A DNA stretch of 64,000 nt from Longimicrobiales bacterium (GTDB lineage: Bacteria > Gemmatimonadota > Gemmatimonadetes > Longimicrobiales > RSA9): positions 191 through 64,190 of the forward strand of contig DATHRK010000102.1 in NCBI GenBank assembly GCA_035465395.1. The letters are read 5' to 3'. Positions within the stretch are counted from its first letter, which is position 1, and each line of letters starts with the position of its first letter. Both the position numbers and the translations under genes were made by a program. Shown one piece after another: positions 1 to 11,087 of this stretch. The notes under the pieces are model-generated. The model was not told the DNA's origin and ran no database searches. It saw only the letters and a list, made by a program, of their open reading frames with translations.

Positions 1-609
1 CTCGGCCGGGATCGCCGCCCGCACGGCCGCCAGCGCTTCCTGGAAGCGCAGCCATTGGGCGCGGGCCGGACCCGGGTCGGCCGTATCGGCCGAGTGGAAG
101 TGCGAGGAGACGCCGGTCCAGCGGAGCCCGTCGCGCGCGAGCGCCGCGACCCGGGGAGCCCAGTCCGCGGCGCCGTCGTCCGCGAAGCCGGAGCGGCCCA
201 TCCCCGTGTCCACATCGACGTGGAACGACAGCGGCTCGGGCGTCGGGTCCGCGGCCGCCAGCCGCTCCAGGGTCGCGAGGTCCGATATCGTCGGCGTGAG
301 ACGCTCACCGACGACCAGGCCCTCGGCTCCCGGCGGCAGCGGCGCCACGACCAGGATCCGCCCGGTGAAGCCTCGGCGCCGAAGCGCCGCCCCCTCCTCG
401 GCGGTGGCGACGCCGAAGCCCCACGCGCCCACGCCGGCCAGCGCTCCCGTGACGCGCTCGACTCCGAGCCCGTACGCGTCGGCCTTGACCACGGGGAGGA
501 CGCCGTGCCGGGGTCCGGCTCGTTCACGGAGGCGCAGGAAGTTCGCGCGCAGGGCGTCCAGGTCCACCTCGACCCAGGCCCGCGCGCGTCGGTTTGACTC
601 GTCTGTCAT
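1..609 (-). CDS. alr: alanine racemase, 5' part (gene runs off the left edge)
   Basis: Not in the ORF track (no stop inside window). Own translation from ATG 609..607 gives MTDESNRRARAWVEVDLDALRANFLRLRERAGPRHGVLPVVKADAYGLGVERV... VVKADAYGLG matches the PLP-lysine motif of alanine racemases. Codons are GC3-rich throughout. Confidence 0.8.
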   Translation of the reverse strand, partial: MTDESNRRARAWVEVDLDALRANFLRLRERAGPRHGVLPVVKADAYGLGVERVTGALAGVGAWGFGVATAEEGAALRRRGFTGRILVVAPLPPGAEGLVVGERLTPTISDLATLERLAAADPTPEPLSFHVDVDTGMGRSGFADDGAADWAPRVAALARDGLRWTGVSSHFHSADTADPGPARAQWLRFQEALAAVRAAIPAE

Positions 610-779
610 GGCGCGCCTAGTCTCCCGCGCTCGCGCGGCGACCTCCCCGGTCGCCGCAATCCCCCGGCCGGGACAGGAGCGGCGACGGCCTCCATGACCA
701 CGCGAGAGAGGGAGCGGCGGGGTGCGCCGGCGGCCGAACGGCAGCTCGACTTTCGGGCCGGCACACTAGCCTGCGCCCC

Positions 780-1664
780 ATGAGCTCGCAACCGCCCGCG
801 GGGCCAGCCGCGGAGCCGCCGCCCGGCGAGTTGGAGCGGGTCCTGGAGCTGATCCGGCATCTGCGCCGTCACTGTCCCTGGGATGCGCGCCAGACTGCGC
901 GCTCGCTCGTCCCCCACCTCCTCGAGGAGGCCCACGAGGTCGCGGAGGCGATTCGCCGAGGCGCCCCGCCTCCCGCACTCGCCGAGGAGCTCGGCGACCT
1001 CCTCCTCAACGTGGCCTACCAGGTGGTCATCGCGGAGGAGACGGGCGATTTCGACGCCCCGGCGGTCGCGGCGGCGCTCGAGCGGAAGATGGTGAGGCGC
1101 CACCCCCACGTGGACTGGAGCGACTACCCCGTTCCGGAGGGCGCATCCGCCGGGTCGGAAGCGCCGACGTCGGGTACGCACGCCCCCACCTCGGAAGCGG
1201 CGGTCGCCGCCTGGGAGCGGCGCAAGGCGGCGGAACGCGCTCCCGGGGCCTCGTCCCTCGACGGGCTGCCGGCCGGGCTCGATCCGTTGTCGCGCGCCCA
1301 CCGCGTCCAGGACCGCGTCGCGGGCGTGGGCTTCGACTGGGACGACCTGGAGGGACCGGCCGCCAAGATCGCCGAGGAGTTGGAGGAGGCGCGCGACGCC
1401 ATCGCGCGGGCGAGCGGCGGCGACGCGGAACCGGCGGAGGTCGAAGAGGAGCTGGGCGACCTGCTCTTCGCGGTGGTCAACCTGGCGCGCCGGGCGGGCG
1501 TCCATCCCGCCAACGCGCTGGGGATGGCGAACGCGAAGTTCGAGCGGCGCTTCCGCGAGGTGGAGCGCGTCCTCGCCGCGCGAGGCGTCTCGGCCCAGGA
1601 CCTTCCGCTCGCCGAGCTCGACGCCGTGTGGGAAGCGGTCAAGCGGGACGAGCGCGGGGCCTGA
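780..1664 (+). CDS. mazG: nucleoside triphosphate pyrophosphohydrolase MazG
   Basis: ATG at 780; 294 aa with tandem MazG-type helices (LLEEAHEVAEAI, EELGDLLFAVVNLARRAG). Divergent from alr. Confidence 0.85.
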   Translation: MSSQPPAGPAAEPPPGELERVLELIRHLRRHCPWDARQTARSLVPHLLEEAHEVAEAIRRGAPPPALAEELGDLLLNVAYQVVIAEETGDFDAPAVAAALERKMVRRHPHVDWSDYPVPEGASAGSEAPTSGTHAPTSEAAVAAWERRKAAERAPGASSLDGLPAGLDPLSRAHRVQDRVAGVGFDWDDLEGPAAKIAEELEEARDAIARASGGDAEPAEVEEELGDLLFAVVNLARRAGVHPANALGMANAKFERRFREVERVLAARGVSAQDLPLAELDAVWEAVKRDERGA

Positions 1665-1679
1665 GGCCGGCCGCGCGGC

Positions 1680-1705
1680 CCCGGGCCCGCGCGCCGCGGC
1701 CCGGG
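1680..1705. terminator. GC-rich hairpin between convergent mazG and the S9 peptidase gene
   Basis: cccgggcc(c)gcg - cgc - cgcggcccggg forms 11 bp with one bulge and a 3-nt loop, in the 42-bp convergent gap. No U-tract. Confidence 0.3.
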
Positions 1706-1706
1706 C

Positions 1707-4163
1707 TCACTCCGTGACCGGTTCGCCTCCGTCCACGTCGGCGTCGCGCACGTACCTGTTCAGCCAGGTCTCCATCTCCCACAGCATGTGCAGGATGGAC
1801 TCGCGCGAGCGGTAGCCGTGGCTCTCGTGCGGCAGCATGACCAGGCGCGCGACCGCCCCGTGCCCCTTCAGCGCGGCGAAGTAGCGCTCGCTCTGCATCG
1901 GATACGTGCCCGAGTTGTTGTCCGCCGCGCCGTGAATGAGGAGCAGGGGCTCGTTCACGTCGTCCGCGTGCATGAATGGAGACATCGCGAAGTAGATCTC
2001 GGGCGCCTCCCAGTAGGTGCGCTCCTCGCGCTGGAATCCGAACGGCGTGAGCGTCCGGTTGTAGGCGCCGCTGCGCGCCACGCCCGCGCGGAAAAGGTCC
2101 GAGTGGGCGAGCAGGTTCGCCGTCATGAAGGCGCCGTAGGAGTGGCCCGCGATCCCCACCCTGCGCGGGTCGAGAACGCCCCGGCGCACGCCCTCGTCGA
2201 TGACGGCCTCGGCGCTCGCGACGAGCTGCTCGACGAAGGAGTCGTTGGGCTCGATCTCGCCCTCGCCGATGATCGGCATCGAGGCGTCGTCGAAGACGGC
2301 GTAGCCGAGCGTGACGAACGGGACCGCGCCCCAGTAGCTCACGCGATTGAACTGGTAGGGCGAGTCGGTGATCTGCCCCGCCGCATCCGCGCTCTTGTAC
2401 TCCACGGGGTAGGCCCACACGAAGCCCGGCAGAGGATCGTCGGCGCCGGCCGTGTAGCCCGCCGGCAGGTACATCGTCGCGGTGAGCTGGACACCGTCGT
2501 CGCGCTCGTAGACGATCGACTCCTTCTGGACGTCGGCGAGCTGGGGGTAGGGGTGCGGGAACGCCGTCACCGCGACGGGATCGCCCCCGTCGAGGTCGCG
2601 CACGAAGTAATTGGGCGGCTCGGTAACGGACTCTCGGCGCGTCAGCAGTGCCCCATCCGCGAGCAGCGTCACCGGGACTTCGTAATGCGGCTCGGCGGAC
2701 CGGAACAGCTCCACGGTCGTCCCGGTCGCGGGGTCCAGCCGTCGCAGGAACGGCCGGTTGCCCTCCTCCGAGGCGCCGTCCCCGGCCATGAAGATGTCGC
2801 CGTCGTCGATGACGAGCACGCTCGTGCCTCGGCCGGTGGACGCCGTCAGGGGCCGACCGGGGTCCGTGTAGCTGTCCTCGTAGGAACGGTCGAAAAGCGC
2901 CGGGGGGTCGGCAGACGGCCGGTCAGGGGCGATCACGTACGTGCGCGTGTGCCGGTCTCGGAACCAACGCTCCCAGACCAACGCCAGCTCGCCGTCGCCC
3001 CACTGCACGCCCGCGTAGCGCAGCGGTAGGGTGATGAGCTCCTGCGGCTCCGCATCGAAGGGCGCGGCGAGCGCGAACAACCGGTCGCGCGCCTCCGCTT
3101 CGGCGCGCGCGTCGCCGCCGTCCAGCGCCTCGACCCAGGCGAGCGTCGCGTCGGTGTCGGCGCGCCATTGGACGGAGCGGGGTCCGGTGCGCGTCGAACC
3201 GAACGCGGTGGGGATGTTCTCGGCCAGCGGCAGGTCCGCGAGCGCGAACACCTCCTCGCCCGAAGCCATGTCCAGGACCCGGATCGACGTCGGGAAGCGC
3301 GACGCCGGAACGAGGTAGGAGAACGGTCGGTCGATCCACTCCGCGAGCAGGTAGCGCCCGTCCGGCGACACCGCGTTGTCGGAGTACAGCCTCGCCGGGG
3401 CGAGATCGCGGACCGAGCCGTCGAGCCCCGCGACCGCCAGCCGCGACGTCGCGTAGTGCTCGAAAACCGCCTCGTCGCGCGCCGACGCGAGCAGGTCCTG
3501 GTAGGTGCGCGCCGGCGCCTCCTCGCCGTCGGCGTCCTGGATGATCGGGCCGCGCGGCACCACGTCGGCCGCGGGGAGCGGCACGCGGTCTTCCGGCACG
3601 AGCCGCAGCACGAGGCCGCTGCCGTCCGGCAACCAGTCCAGCGCCGACCCGTAGAAGGCGTCGTTGACCGCGGCGTCGACGAGCCGGCGAGCTCTTCCCG
3701 TGGATGCGTCGGCCACCCACGCCTCGATGCGGTCGGGGAGGTCCAGCGTGAACGCCAGCGTCCCGCCGTCGGGCGACCAGCGCACGTTGCGGATGCGCGC
3801 GTCGGCAGGCAGGCCCGCCACCTCCGTCCCGGCGCCGCCCCGGGTCGACTGGAACCGGATGGCGCTCGAGAACCTGGCGCGGCTGGGGCCGTTGTTGGCG
3901 GGGTCGATGCGCAGCCCCGCGAGCCGCAGCTCGTCCCTCGCGACCTCCTCGATGGTGGGCAGGGCCGGCTGCTCCAGGATCGCCATGTGGGCCCGGTCGG
4001 GTGAGATCACGACCGCCGGGGTCGGCGGCGCGTCCACCAGCGCGGCGAGCTGCGGCGAGGGGGTGCGGTACGCCTGCTGCGCCAGGCCGGGCATCGGGAT
4101 CATCGCGTGCGTGACGGTGAGAGCGAGCGCGGCGCCGGTGATGTGGGCGGTACGAGGCATCAT
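1707..4163 (-). CDS. secreted S9-family serine peptidase with N-terminal beta-propeller
   Basis: Start moved to in-frame ATGATG at 4163 (MMPRTAHITGAALALTV, signal-like) inside ORF 1707..4913. SPDG propeller repeats are present. GHSYGAFM nucleophile elbow plus LLIHGAADNN and HESHGY give a Ser-Asp-His triad. Confidence 0.8.
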   Translation of the reverse strand: MMPRTAHITGAALALTVTHAMIPMPGLAQQAYRTPSPQLAALVDAPPTPAVVISPDRAHMAILEQPALPTIEEVARDELRLAGLRIDPANNGPSRARFSSAIRFQSTRGGAGTEVAGLPADARIRNVRWSPDGGTLAFTLDLPDRIEAWVADASTGRARRLVDAAVNDAFYGSALDWLPDGSGLVLRLVPEDRVPLPAADVVPRGPIIQDADGEEAPARTYQDLLASARDEAVFEHYATSRLAVAGLDGSVRDLAPARLYSDNAVSPDGRYLLAEWIDRPFSYLVPASRFPTSIRVLDMASGEEVFALADLPLAENIPTAFGSTRTGPRSVQWRADTDATLAWVEALDGGDARAEAEARDRLFALAAPFDAEPQELITLPLRYAGVQWGDGELALVWERWFRDRHTRTYVIAPDRPSADPPALFDRSYEDSYTDPGRPLTASTGRGTSVLVIDDGDIFMAGDGASEEGNRPFLRRLDPATGTTVELFRSAEPHYEVPVTLLADGALLTRRESVTEPPNYFVRDLDGGDPVAVTAFPHPYPQLADVQKESIVYERDDGVQLTATMYLPAGYTAGADDPLPGFVWAYPVEYKSADAAGQITDSPYQFNRVSYWGAVPFVTLGYAVFDDASMPIIGEGEIEPNDSFVEQLVASAEAVIDEGVRRGVLDPRRVGIAGHSYGAFMTANLLAHSDLFRAGVARSGAYNRTLTPFGFQREERTYWEAPEIYFAMSPFMHADDVNEPLLLIHGAADNNSGTYPMQSERYFAALKGHGAVARLVMLPHESHGYRSRESILHMLWEMETWLNRYVRDADVDGGEPVTE

Positions 4164-4246
4164 CGATGTGCTCCTTCGAGGGGTACGCCCGCCATGATGG
4201 GCAATGGAAAGCGGCGATGCACGCGCGGGGCCCGGCGCCTCTCCGC

Positions 4247-5848
4247 TCAGGGGCGCGCGCGCAGCGCCCGCCCGGCGCCTCGCCCGGCCTCGCCGACGGG
4301 CTCGCCTTCGCTCCACGCGCGCTGGCCGTTCACCCACACCGCGCGCATCCCCGCGGCCGGCACGTGGGGGGCCTCGAAGGTGGCCCGGTCCCGGATCGCC
4401 CCGGGGTCGAACGCGACCACGTCGGCCGCGAACCCCGCCTCGAGGCGCCCGCGCGGGCGCCTGAGGACCTCGCGGTCGTCCAGCCGGAAGATCGACGCCG
4501 TCAGACCCGACATCTTTCGCACGGCCTCCGCCAGGTCGAGGCTGGCGTCCTCCACGACGTAGCGGCCGATCACGCGCGCGAAGGCGCCGTGGCCCCTCGG
4601 GTGTTGCATCGTCGGGCTGCCGTCGGAGGAGACGGCGACGTGCGGGTCGGCGAGGAAGCGGCGCATGACCGGCTCGGCCATGACGAAGTACGCCGCCGAG
4701 GCGCCCCCCGGACCGATGTCGATCAGCACGTCCTCGTAGGGGCGCCCCTCGGCCGCGGCGACCTCGGCCAGCGTGCGCCCCGTGTGCTTCCCCGACCCGA
4801 ACAGCGTGGCCTCGGGACCGTTCCGCCCCTCGACCCGGTTCCGCAGGTGCGCGGCCAGCTCCCCGCGACGCGACGCCACGACCGCGGCGTAGTCGTTGGG
4901 CGGCTTCGCCCACGCCGGGAAGAGCAGCCCGATGCCAGTGTAGCTCGCCACGTAGGGGTAGACGTCGGCGGTCACCGAGATACCCGCGTCACGCGCCGCC
5001 GCCATGCGCGCCAGGAGGGCGCCCGCGCGCGCCGTGTCGTCGGCCAGGACCACCTTGATGTGCGACACGTGCACCCGCGCTCGCGCCCGCCGGCCCTGCT
5101 CCAGGAGCTCGTCCAGCGAGGCGGCCACGCGGTCGGCGTCCTCGCTGCGCATGTGGCTGGTGACCACCCCGCCGGCGGCCGCCACGGGCTCGGCGATCGC
5201 CACGAGCTCGGCGATCTCCGCGCGCGAGCCGGGGTCGTACTCGAGGCCCGTCGAGAGTCCGAACGCGCCGGCCTCGAGACCCTGCTGGACCAGGTCGGCC
5301 AGGCGCGCCAGGTCCGACTGCGAGGGCGCGCCGAAACCGACGCCCGACTCCTCGCGGATGGTGTTGTGGCCGATGAGGTAGGCGACGTTCACGTCGGGCC
5401 GCGCGGCGTCGACCGAATCCAGATGCGCCGCCAGCCCGGCGACAGGCGGACTGCCCCCGTCCTGCCCGAGCAGGATCGTCGTGACCCCCATCGCCAGGAA
5501 GTTGGGGAAGGCCGGATGCGCCACCGGGTCGCCGTGCGCGTGCGCGTCGATGAACCCCGGCGCCACGACGAGTCCGGAGGCGTCGAAGGTCTCGCGCACC
5601 GCGATCGTGTCCGCGTCCACGTCGCCCACGAACGCGATACTGTCCCCCAGGATCAGCACGTCGGCGCTCCGCGCGGGCGCGCCGGTGCCGTCCACGAGGG
5701 TCCCGTTCTCGATCAGCAGACTGTAGGCGTCCGTGAGCGGGACCAGCTCCGCCCCGTTCCCGGTGCAGGCGCCGGCGGGCAGCACCAGCGGGAGGAGGGC
5801 CAGCGGGTGGCACGCGGCGCGGCGCGCCGTCGACGCACGGCCGGTCAC
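4247..5848 (-). CDS. N-acyl-D-amino-acid deacylase (D-aminoacylase family amidohydrolase), probable lipoprotein
   Basis: FIDAHAHGD metal motif and SDGSPTMQHPRGHGAFARVIGRYV are typical of D-aminoacylases. The upstream part of ORF 4247..6106 overlaps asnS. The GTG at 5848 gives a lipobox-type signal (LALLPLVLPAGAC). Start is uncertain. Confidence 0.7.
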   Translation of the reverse strand: MTGRASTARRAACHPLALLPLVLPAGACTGNGAELVPLTDAYSLLIENGTLVDGTGAPARSADVLILGDSIAFVGDVDADTIAVRETFDASGLVVAPGFIDAHAHGDPVAHPAFPNFLAMGVTTILLGQDGGSPPVAGLAAHLDSVDAARPDVNVAYLIGHNTIREESGVGFGAPSQSDLARLADLVQQGLEAGAFGLSTGLEYDPGSRAEIAELVAIAEPVAAAGGVVTSHMRSEDADRVAASLDELLEQGRRARARVHVSHIKVVLADDTARAGALLARMAAARDAGISVTADVYPYVASYTGIGLLFPAWAKPPNDYAAVVASRRGELAAHLRNRVEGRNGPEATLFGSGKHTGRTLAEVAAAEGRPYEDVLIDIGPGGASAAYFVMAEPVMRRFLADPHVAVSSDGSPTMQHPRGHGAFARVIGRYVVEDASLDLAEAVRKMSGLTASIFRLDDREVLRRPRGRLEAGFAADVVAFDPGAIRDRATFEAPHVPAAGMRAVWVNGQRAWSEGEPVGEAGRGAGRALRARP

Positions 5849-5879
5849 GAATGCGACCCGGTCGAGGGCACCCGCCCGC

Positions 5880-7175
<1,296 letters not shown>

Positions 7176-7328
7176 GCCGCGTCGTCTCGTTACTGGGTGC
7201 ACGCGAGCGGGCCGGAACCGGCCCCGGCGACGCGGCCTGCCTGCCGGGGCCGCGGGCGGGGAGCACGGCGCGGACGGCCGCGATCCCTCGATCGGGCCAG
7301 ACTAGAGGAACGACGACGGAGTGTCAAT

Positions 7329-8450
7329 TTGAACCCGAGGCTCGCGGGCGTCCTGCTCGCCATCGTGCTGCTGCTGCCCGGCTGCTCGCGGCGCAATCGG
7401 GCCGTAGAGGTCGACCCCGGCGCCTTCTCCTGGACGACCGTGCAGGGCGATCTCCGGCGCGCGGGTACGGAGCACGAAGCCGTACCGGGCAACCCGAGCG
7501 TCGCCTGGACGGTGGACATCGGCAGGGGGCTCAAATCTCAGCCGGTGGTGCGCCAGGGGGTGCTGCTGGTAGCCGCCAGCAACCGCCTGGTGGCCGCCTA
7601 CTCGGCGCACACCGGCGACCGCTTCTGGGAGCAACGCCCCAACGCGTCGATCAGCGGCGGCGTCGTGTGGCGCAGCGACACGCTCTGGGTGGCGACGGAG
7701 ACCCTCGCGGGTCGCGCGATGGCGCTGGAGTTGACCAAGGGCGACGACTTCTGGGAGCGCGATGTCGGGCCGGCGAGCCACCCGCCGCTCCTGGTGGGTT
7801 CCCGCCTGTATCTCGCCACCGACGACGGCTCGCTGAGCGCGCTGGACGCGGCAACCGGCGAACCGGCGTGGCGAACCCGGCTGCCGGGCGGCGTCGGCGG
7901 CACCCCGGTGCCCCACGGCAGATCGATCGTGGCCGTCGGCGCGCGGGACACCATCTACGTGCTCGACCCCGAGGAAGGCGACATCACCGGCCGCATGGCG
8001 ATCCCGCGCGCCGCGTCCGCGTTGCCCGCGCTGCGTGGCGACCTCCTGTTGTTGCCGCTGCGCGGCGGCGGCCTGGCGGCGGTGGACCTCGCGCTGGGAG
8101 AGGTGCGCTGGAGCGCCGAAGTGGGCACCGACATCCTGGCCACTCCCGTGATCGCCGAGGACGGAACGGCGTACGTGCTGACGACATCGGCCGAGGTCTG
8201 GCGCGTCGCGCCGGAGGCGCGCGAGCCCGTCCGCATCGCCGAGCTCGGCGGAGCCTCGCGCGGATCGCTCACGCTGGTCGACGGCGGGCTGCTCGTCGGC
8301 CGGCTGGACGGCGCGCTGTTCTTCCTCGATCGGTCGGGCCGCGAGCTGTGGCGTCGCGACCTGGGAGGCTCGATTTTCGCACCCGTGGCCGTGGCTGAGC
8401 AGGCGATCTTCGTCCCGCTCCTCGACGGCCGGCTTTCGAAGCTGGAGTAA
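7329..8450 (+). CDS. BamB-like PQQ beta-propeller lipoprotein
   Basis: Only the last 373 codons of ORF 5733..8450 look coding. TTG at 7329 lies 7 nt after GGAG and gives MNPRLAGVLLAIVLLLPGCS (lipobox). Repeated 'dG.l.AlD..tG...W' propeller blades follow. Confidence 0.65.
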   Translation: MNPRLAGVLLAIVLLLPGCSRRNRAVEVDPGAFSWTTVQGDLRRAGTEHEAVPGNPSVAWTVDIGRGLKSQPVVRQGVLLVAASNRLVAAYSAHTGDRFWEQRPNASISGGVVWRSDTLWVATETLAGRAMALELTKGDDFWERDVGPASHPPLLVGSRLYLATDDGSLSALDAATGEPAWRTRLPGGVGGTPVPHGRSIVAVGARDTIYVLDPEEGDITGRMAIPRAASALPALRGDLLLLPLRGGGLAAVDLALGEVRWSAEVGTDILATPVIAEDGTAYVLTTSAEVWRVAPEAREPVRIAELGGASRGSLTLVDGGLLVGRLDGALFFLDRSGRELWRRDLGGSIFAPVAVAEQAIFVPLLDGRLSKLE

Positions 8451-8453
8451 CCG

Positions 8454-8960
8454 ATGCGGACGACCCCTGGACTCCGCAGCCTTCTGCTGCTCGCGCTGCT
8501 CGCGCCCCTGCCCCTGAGGGCTCAGGCCATCGACCCCCCCCGCCCCGACGGCTCGTCGGTCATGGCCTACGCGAAGTGGGGCGCCCTGGGCGCCGCCGTA
8601 ACGGCCGGCGTGATCGGGTTCGCCGCGCACAACGACGCCGACGGCCTCTTCGACGACCTGGAGGCCATCTGCGAGGACGACCCCGTGCGCTGCAGGCTGG
8701 ATGACAACGGCGCCTACATCGACGCGGAGCTGGAACGCCGCTTCCAGGACGTGCTGGACGCCGACGGGCGGGTGCGTACGGCGCTCATCGTGAGTCAGGT
8801 CGCCGTGGCCGCCGCGGTGGCGATGTTCCTGCTCGACCTGGACGCGGACGACGATCCCGACAACGTCCCCTACGATCCCGAACGGGGGTTCGGGCTCCGC
8901 AACAACCCCTCCGACGGTCGCGCCGAGCTGGTCTACGTCCTGCCGCTGGGAAGGCGCTAG
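8454..8960 (+). CDS. hypothetical secreted/membrane protein
   Basis: ATG 3 nt after the previous stop. Signal peptide MRTTPGLRSLLLLALLAPLPLRAQA, two hydrophobic segments, GC3-rich codons. No family recognised. Confidence 0.5.
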   Translation: MRTTPGLRSLLLLALLAPLPLRAQAIDPPRPDGSSVMAYAKWGALGAAVTAGVIGFAAHNDADGLFDDLEAICEDDPVRCRLDDNGAYIDAELERRFQDVLDADGRVRTALIVSQVAVAAAVAMFLLDLDADDDPDNVPYDPERGFGLRNNPSDGRAELVYVLPLGRR

Positions 8961-11068
8961 CCCACGTCGAAGAGCCTCTCCCGCTCGCCGTAACGCGCCT
9001 CCAGGATGCGCGCGAAGGCCGCGTGCTCGGGACGGCGCAGCCCGGGATCCTCGCGCACGATCGCACGCGCCCGGTCCCGCGCCCGCAGCAGCAGGTCCTC
9101 GTCGCGCTCCGGGTCCAGGTGCCGGAAATCCACGGCGCCGTGCTGGCGGGAGCCGAAGAAGTCGCCCATGCCGCGGATACGCAGGTCCTCCCGCGCGATC
9201 TCGAAGCCGTCGGTGGTCCTGGCCATGATCTCCAGCCGCTCGCTCCCGTCCGCGCCGGGCGCCGCGATCAGCACGCAGTAGCTGCTCTCCGCACCGCGCC
9301 CGACCCGCCCCCGCAGCTGGTGCAGCTGCGACAGGCCGAAACGCTCGGCGTGCTCCACCACCATGACCGAGGCGTTGGGGACGTCGATGCCGACCTCGAT
9401 CACCGTCGTCGCGACCAGGATGTCGACCTCGCCCGCGGCGAAGCGGCGCATCGCCTCCTCCTTCTCCGCCGGCGGGAGGCGGCCGTGGACGAGCGCCACC
9501 CTGAGGTCGGCGAACACCTCCCCCCGGAGCCGCTCGTACTCCTCGGTGGCGGCGGCGAGATCGACCTTCTCCGACTCCTCGACCAGGGGATAGACGATGT
9601 AGGCCTGCGCGCCGGCGGCCACCTGCTCACGCACGAACGCGTACACGTCTGCGCGCGCGCGGACCCCGCGAACCGCGGTTCGCACCGGGGTCCGTCCCGG
9701 CGGCATCTCGTCCAATACCGACAGATCGAGGTCGCCGTACACCGTCAGCGCGAGCGAGCGCGGAATCGGCGTCGCGGACATCACCAGCGCGTCCACGTCC
9801 TCGCCGAGAGCCTGCAGTGCCTGTCGCTGGCGCACGCCGAAGCGGTGCTGCTCGTCGGTGATCGCGAGGCCCAGGTCTGCGAACGTCACGGCCTCCTGGA
9901 AGAGCGCGTGCGTGCCCACCGCGAGCCGGGCGGTCCCTTCTGCAAGGGCCTCCAGGGCAGCGCGCCGCTCCCCAGCCGAAAGCCGACCGGTGAGCAGCGC
10001 GGGAGTGAGCCCCAGCGGCTCGCACAGGGTAGCGAGGGTGCGCGCGTGCTGCTCGGCGAGGATCTCGGTGGGCGCCATCAGCGCCGCCTGCCGGCCCGCG
10101 TCCACGACCGCCAGCATGGCGAACAGGGCCACCACCGTCTTACCGGACCCCACGTCTCCCTGCAACAGGCGGTGCATCCGCCGTTCCGAGGCGAGGTCGT
10201 CGAAGATCTCGCGGACCGCGCGCGTCTGCGCGTCCGTCAGGGGGAACGGCAGCGCGCGGTACAGGCTGTCGACGTGGCCGCCCGAGACGCGCTCGTGCGC
10301 CTGGCCGGACCGTGTGGCCCGGATCCGCTCGTAGGCCCGGGCGTGGAGGAGCTGAACGAAGAACGCCTCCCCCCAGGCCAGACGGCGACGGCCTCGCTCG
10401 GCTTCGGCGATCGAGGGGGGCCGGTGCAGGAGCTCGACGGCCTCCGCGAGCGGAGGCACGCGCGCCGCGGCCAGATCGTCGGCCCCGAAGGCCTCCTCGC
10501 TAGCCAACGCGCCGGCGAATCGGTCCAGCGCGTCCGCCACGAGCCGCCGCATCAGCCGCTGGGAGACCCCTTCCGTGGACGGGTAGATCGGGAGAACCCG
10601 GCCTTCGGCGTCGGTCGCCTCGCCCGCGCGCCCCAGAACCACGAACTCGCGGGGCTGGAGCTGACGGCCGTTGTAGAAGCGTACCGGCCCGCTGGCCAGC
10701 AGCGTGTCGCCCGCGCGGATCGTCCTGTCGAGGAACGGCTGGCCCGGCCACGAGCACTCGATCAGCCCGCTGTCGTCGCGCAGCACAGCCTGGAAGATGC
10801 GGAGGCCCCGGCGCGTCGGGATGACCCCCTTGCTCACCACGACGCCTATGACGGTGGCGTCGTCTCCGACCTCCAGCGATCCGATCGGGGCGACGGTGCT
10901 CGCGTCCTCGTAGCGGCGTGGGGCGTGCAAGAGCAGGTCGCGCACCGTGCGGATGCCCAGCCTGTCCAGCTGCTCGGCGCGCCGCGGGCCCACGCCCTTG
11001 AGGAACTGCACGGGCCCGTCGAGGGGGCCGACCGAGCGCGCCGCGGCGCGCTCCCCCTCCCGGCTCAC
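8957..11068 (-). CDS. recG: ATP-dependent DNA helicase RecG
   Basis: 703 aa. Wedge/OB N-terminus, LQGDVGSGKT Walker A, DEQHRFG (DEAH-type) box, QLHQLRGRVGRG motif VI. GTG start at 11068. Confidence 0.9.
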   Translation of the reverse strand: MSREGERAAARSVGPLDGPVQFLKGVGPRRAEQLDRLGIRTVRDLLLHAPRRYEDASTVAPIGSLEVGDDATVIGVVVSKGVIPTRRGLRIFQAVLRDDSGLIECSWPGQPFLDRTIRAGDTLLASGPVRFYNGRQLQPREFVVLGRAGEATDAEGRVLPIYPSTEGVSQRLMRRLVADALDRFAGALASEEAFGADDLAAARVPPLAEAVELLHRPPSIAEAERGRRRLAWGEAFFVQLLHARAYERIRATRSGQAHERVSGGHVDSLYRALPFPLTDAQTRAVREIFDDLASERRMHRLLQGDVGSGKTVVALFAMLAVVDAGRQAALMAPTEILAEQHARTLATLCEPLGLTPALLTGRLSAGERRAALEALAEGTARLAVGTHALFQEAVTFADLGLAITDEQHRFGVRQRQALQALGEDVDALVMSATPIPRSLALTVYGDLDLSVLDEMPPGRTPVRTAVRGVRARADVYAFVREQVAAGAQAYIVYPLVEESEKVDLAAATEEYERLRGEVFADLRVALVHGRLPPAEKEEAMRRFAAGEVDILVATTVIEVGIDVPNASVMVVEHAERFGLSQLHQLRGRVGRGAESSYCVLIAAPGADGSERLEIMARTTDGFEIAREDLRIRGMGDFFGSRQHGAVDFRHLDPERDEDLLLRARDRARAIVREDPGLRRPEHAAFARILEARYGERERLFDVG

Positions 11069-11087
11069 GCCCGGGTCGCCAGTGCCA

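Noticed and set aside
4164-4913. N-terminal 250-codon extension of ORF 1707..4913, and analogous extensions of the ftsY, ftsA, murD, murF, murE, rsmH and mraZ ORFs
   Set aside because: The extensions are Arg/Gly-rich and overlap the preceding gene. The internal starts give canonical N-termini and 1- or 4-nt start/stop overlaps with the upstream gene.
1-5848. alr + D-aminoacylase + S9 peptidase as a D-amino-acid/peptide salvage cluster
   Set aside because: The genes lie in separate transcription units, with mazG on the opposite strand between them. The functional link is only thematic and has no sequence-level support.
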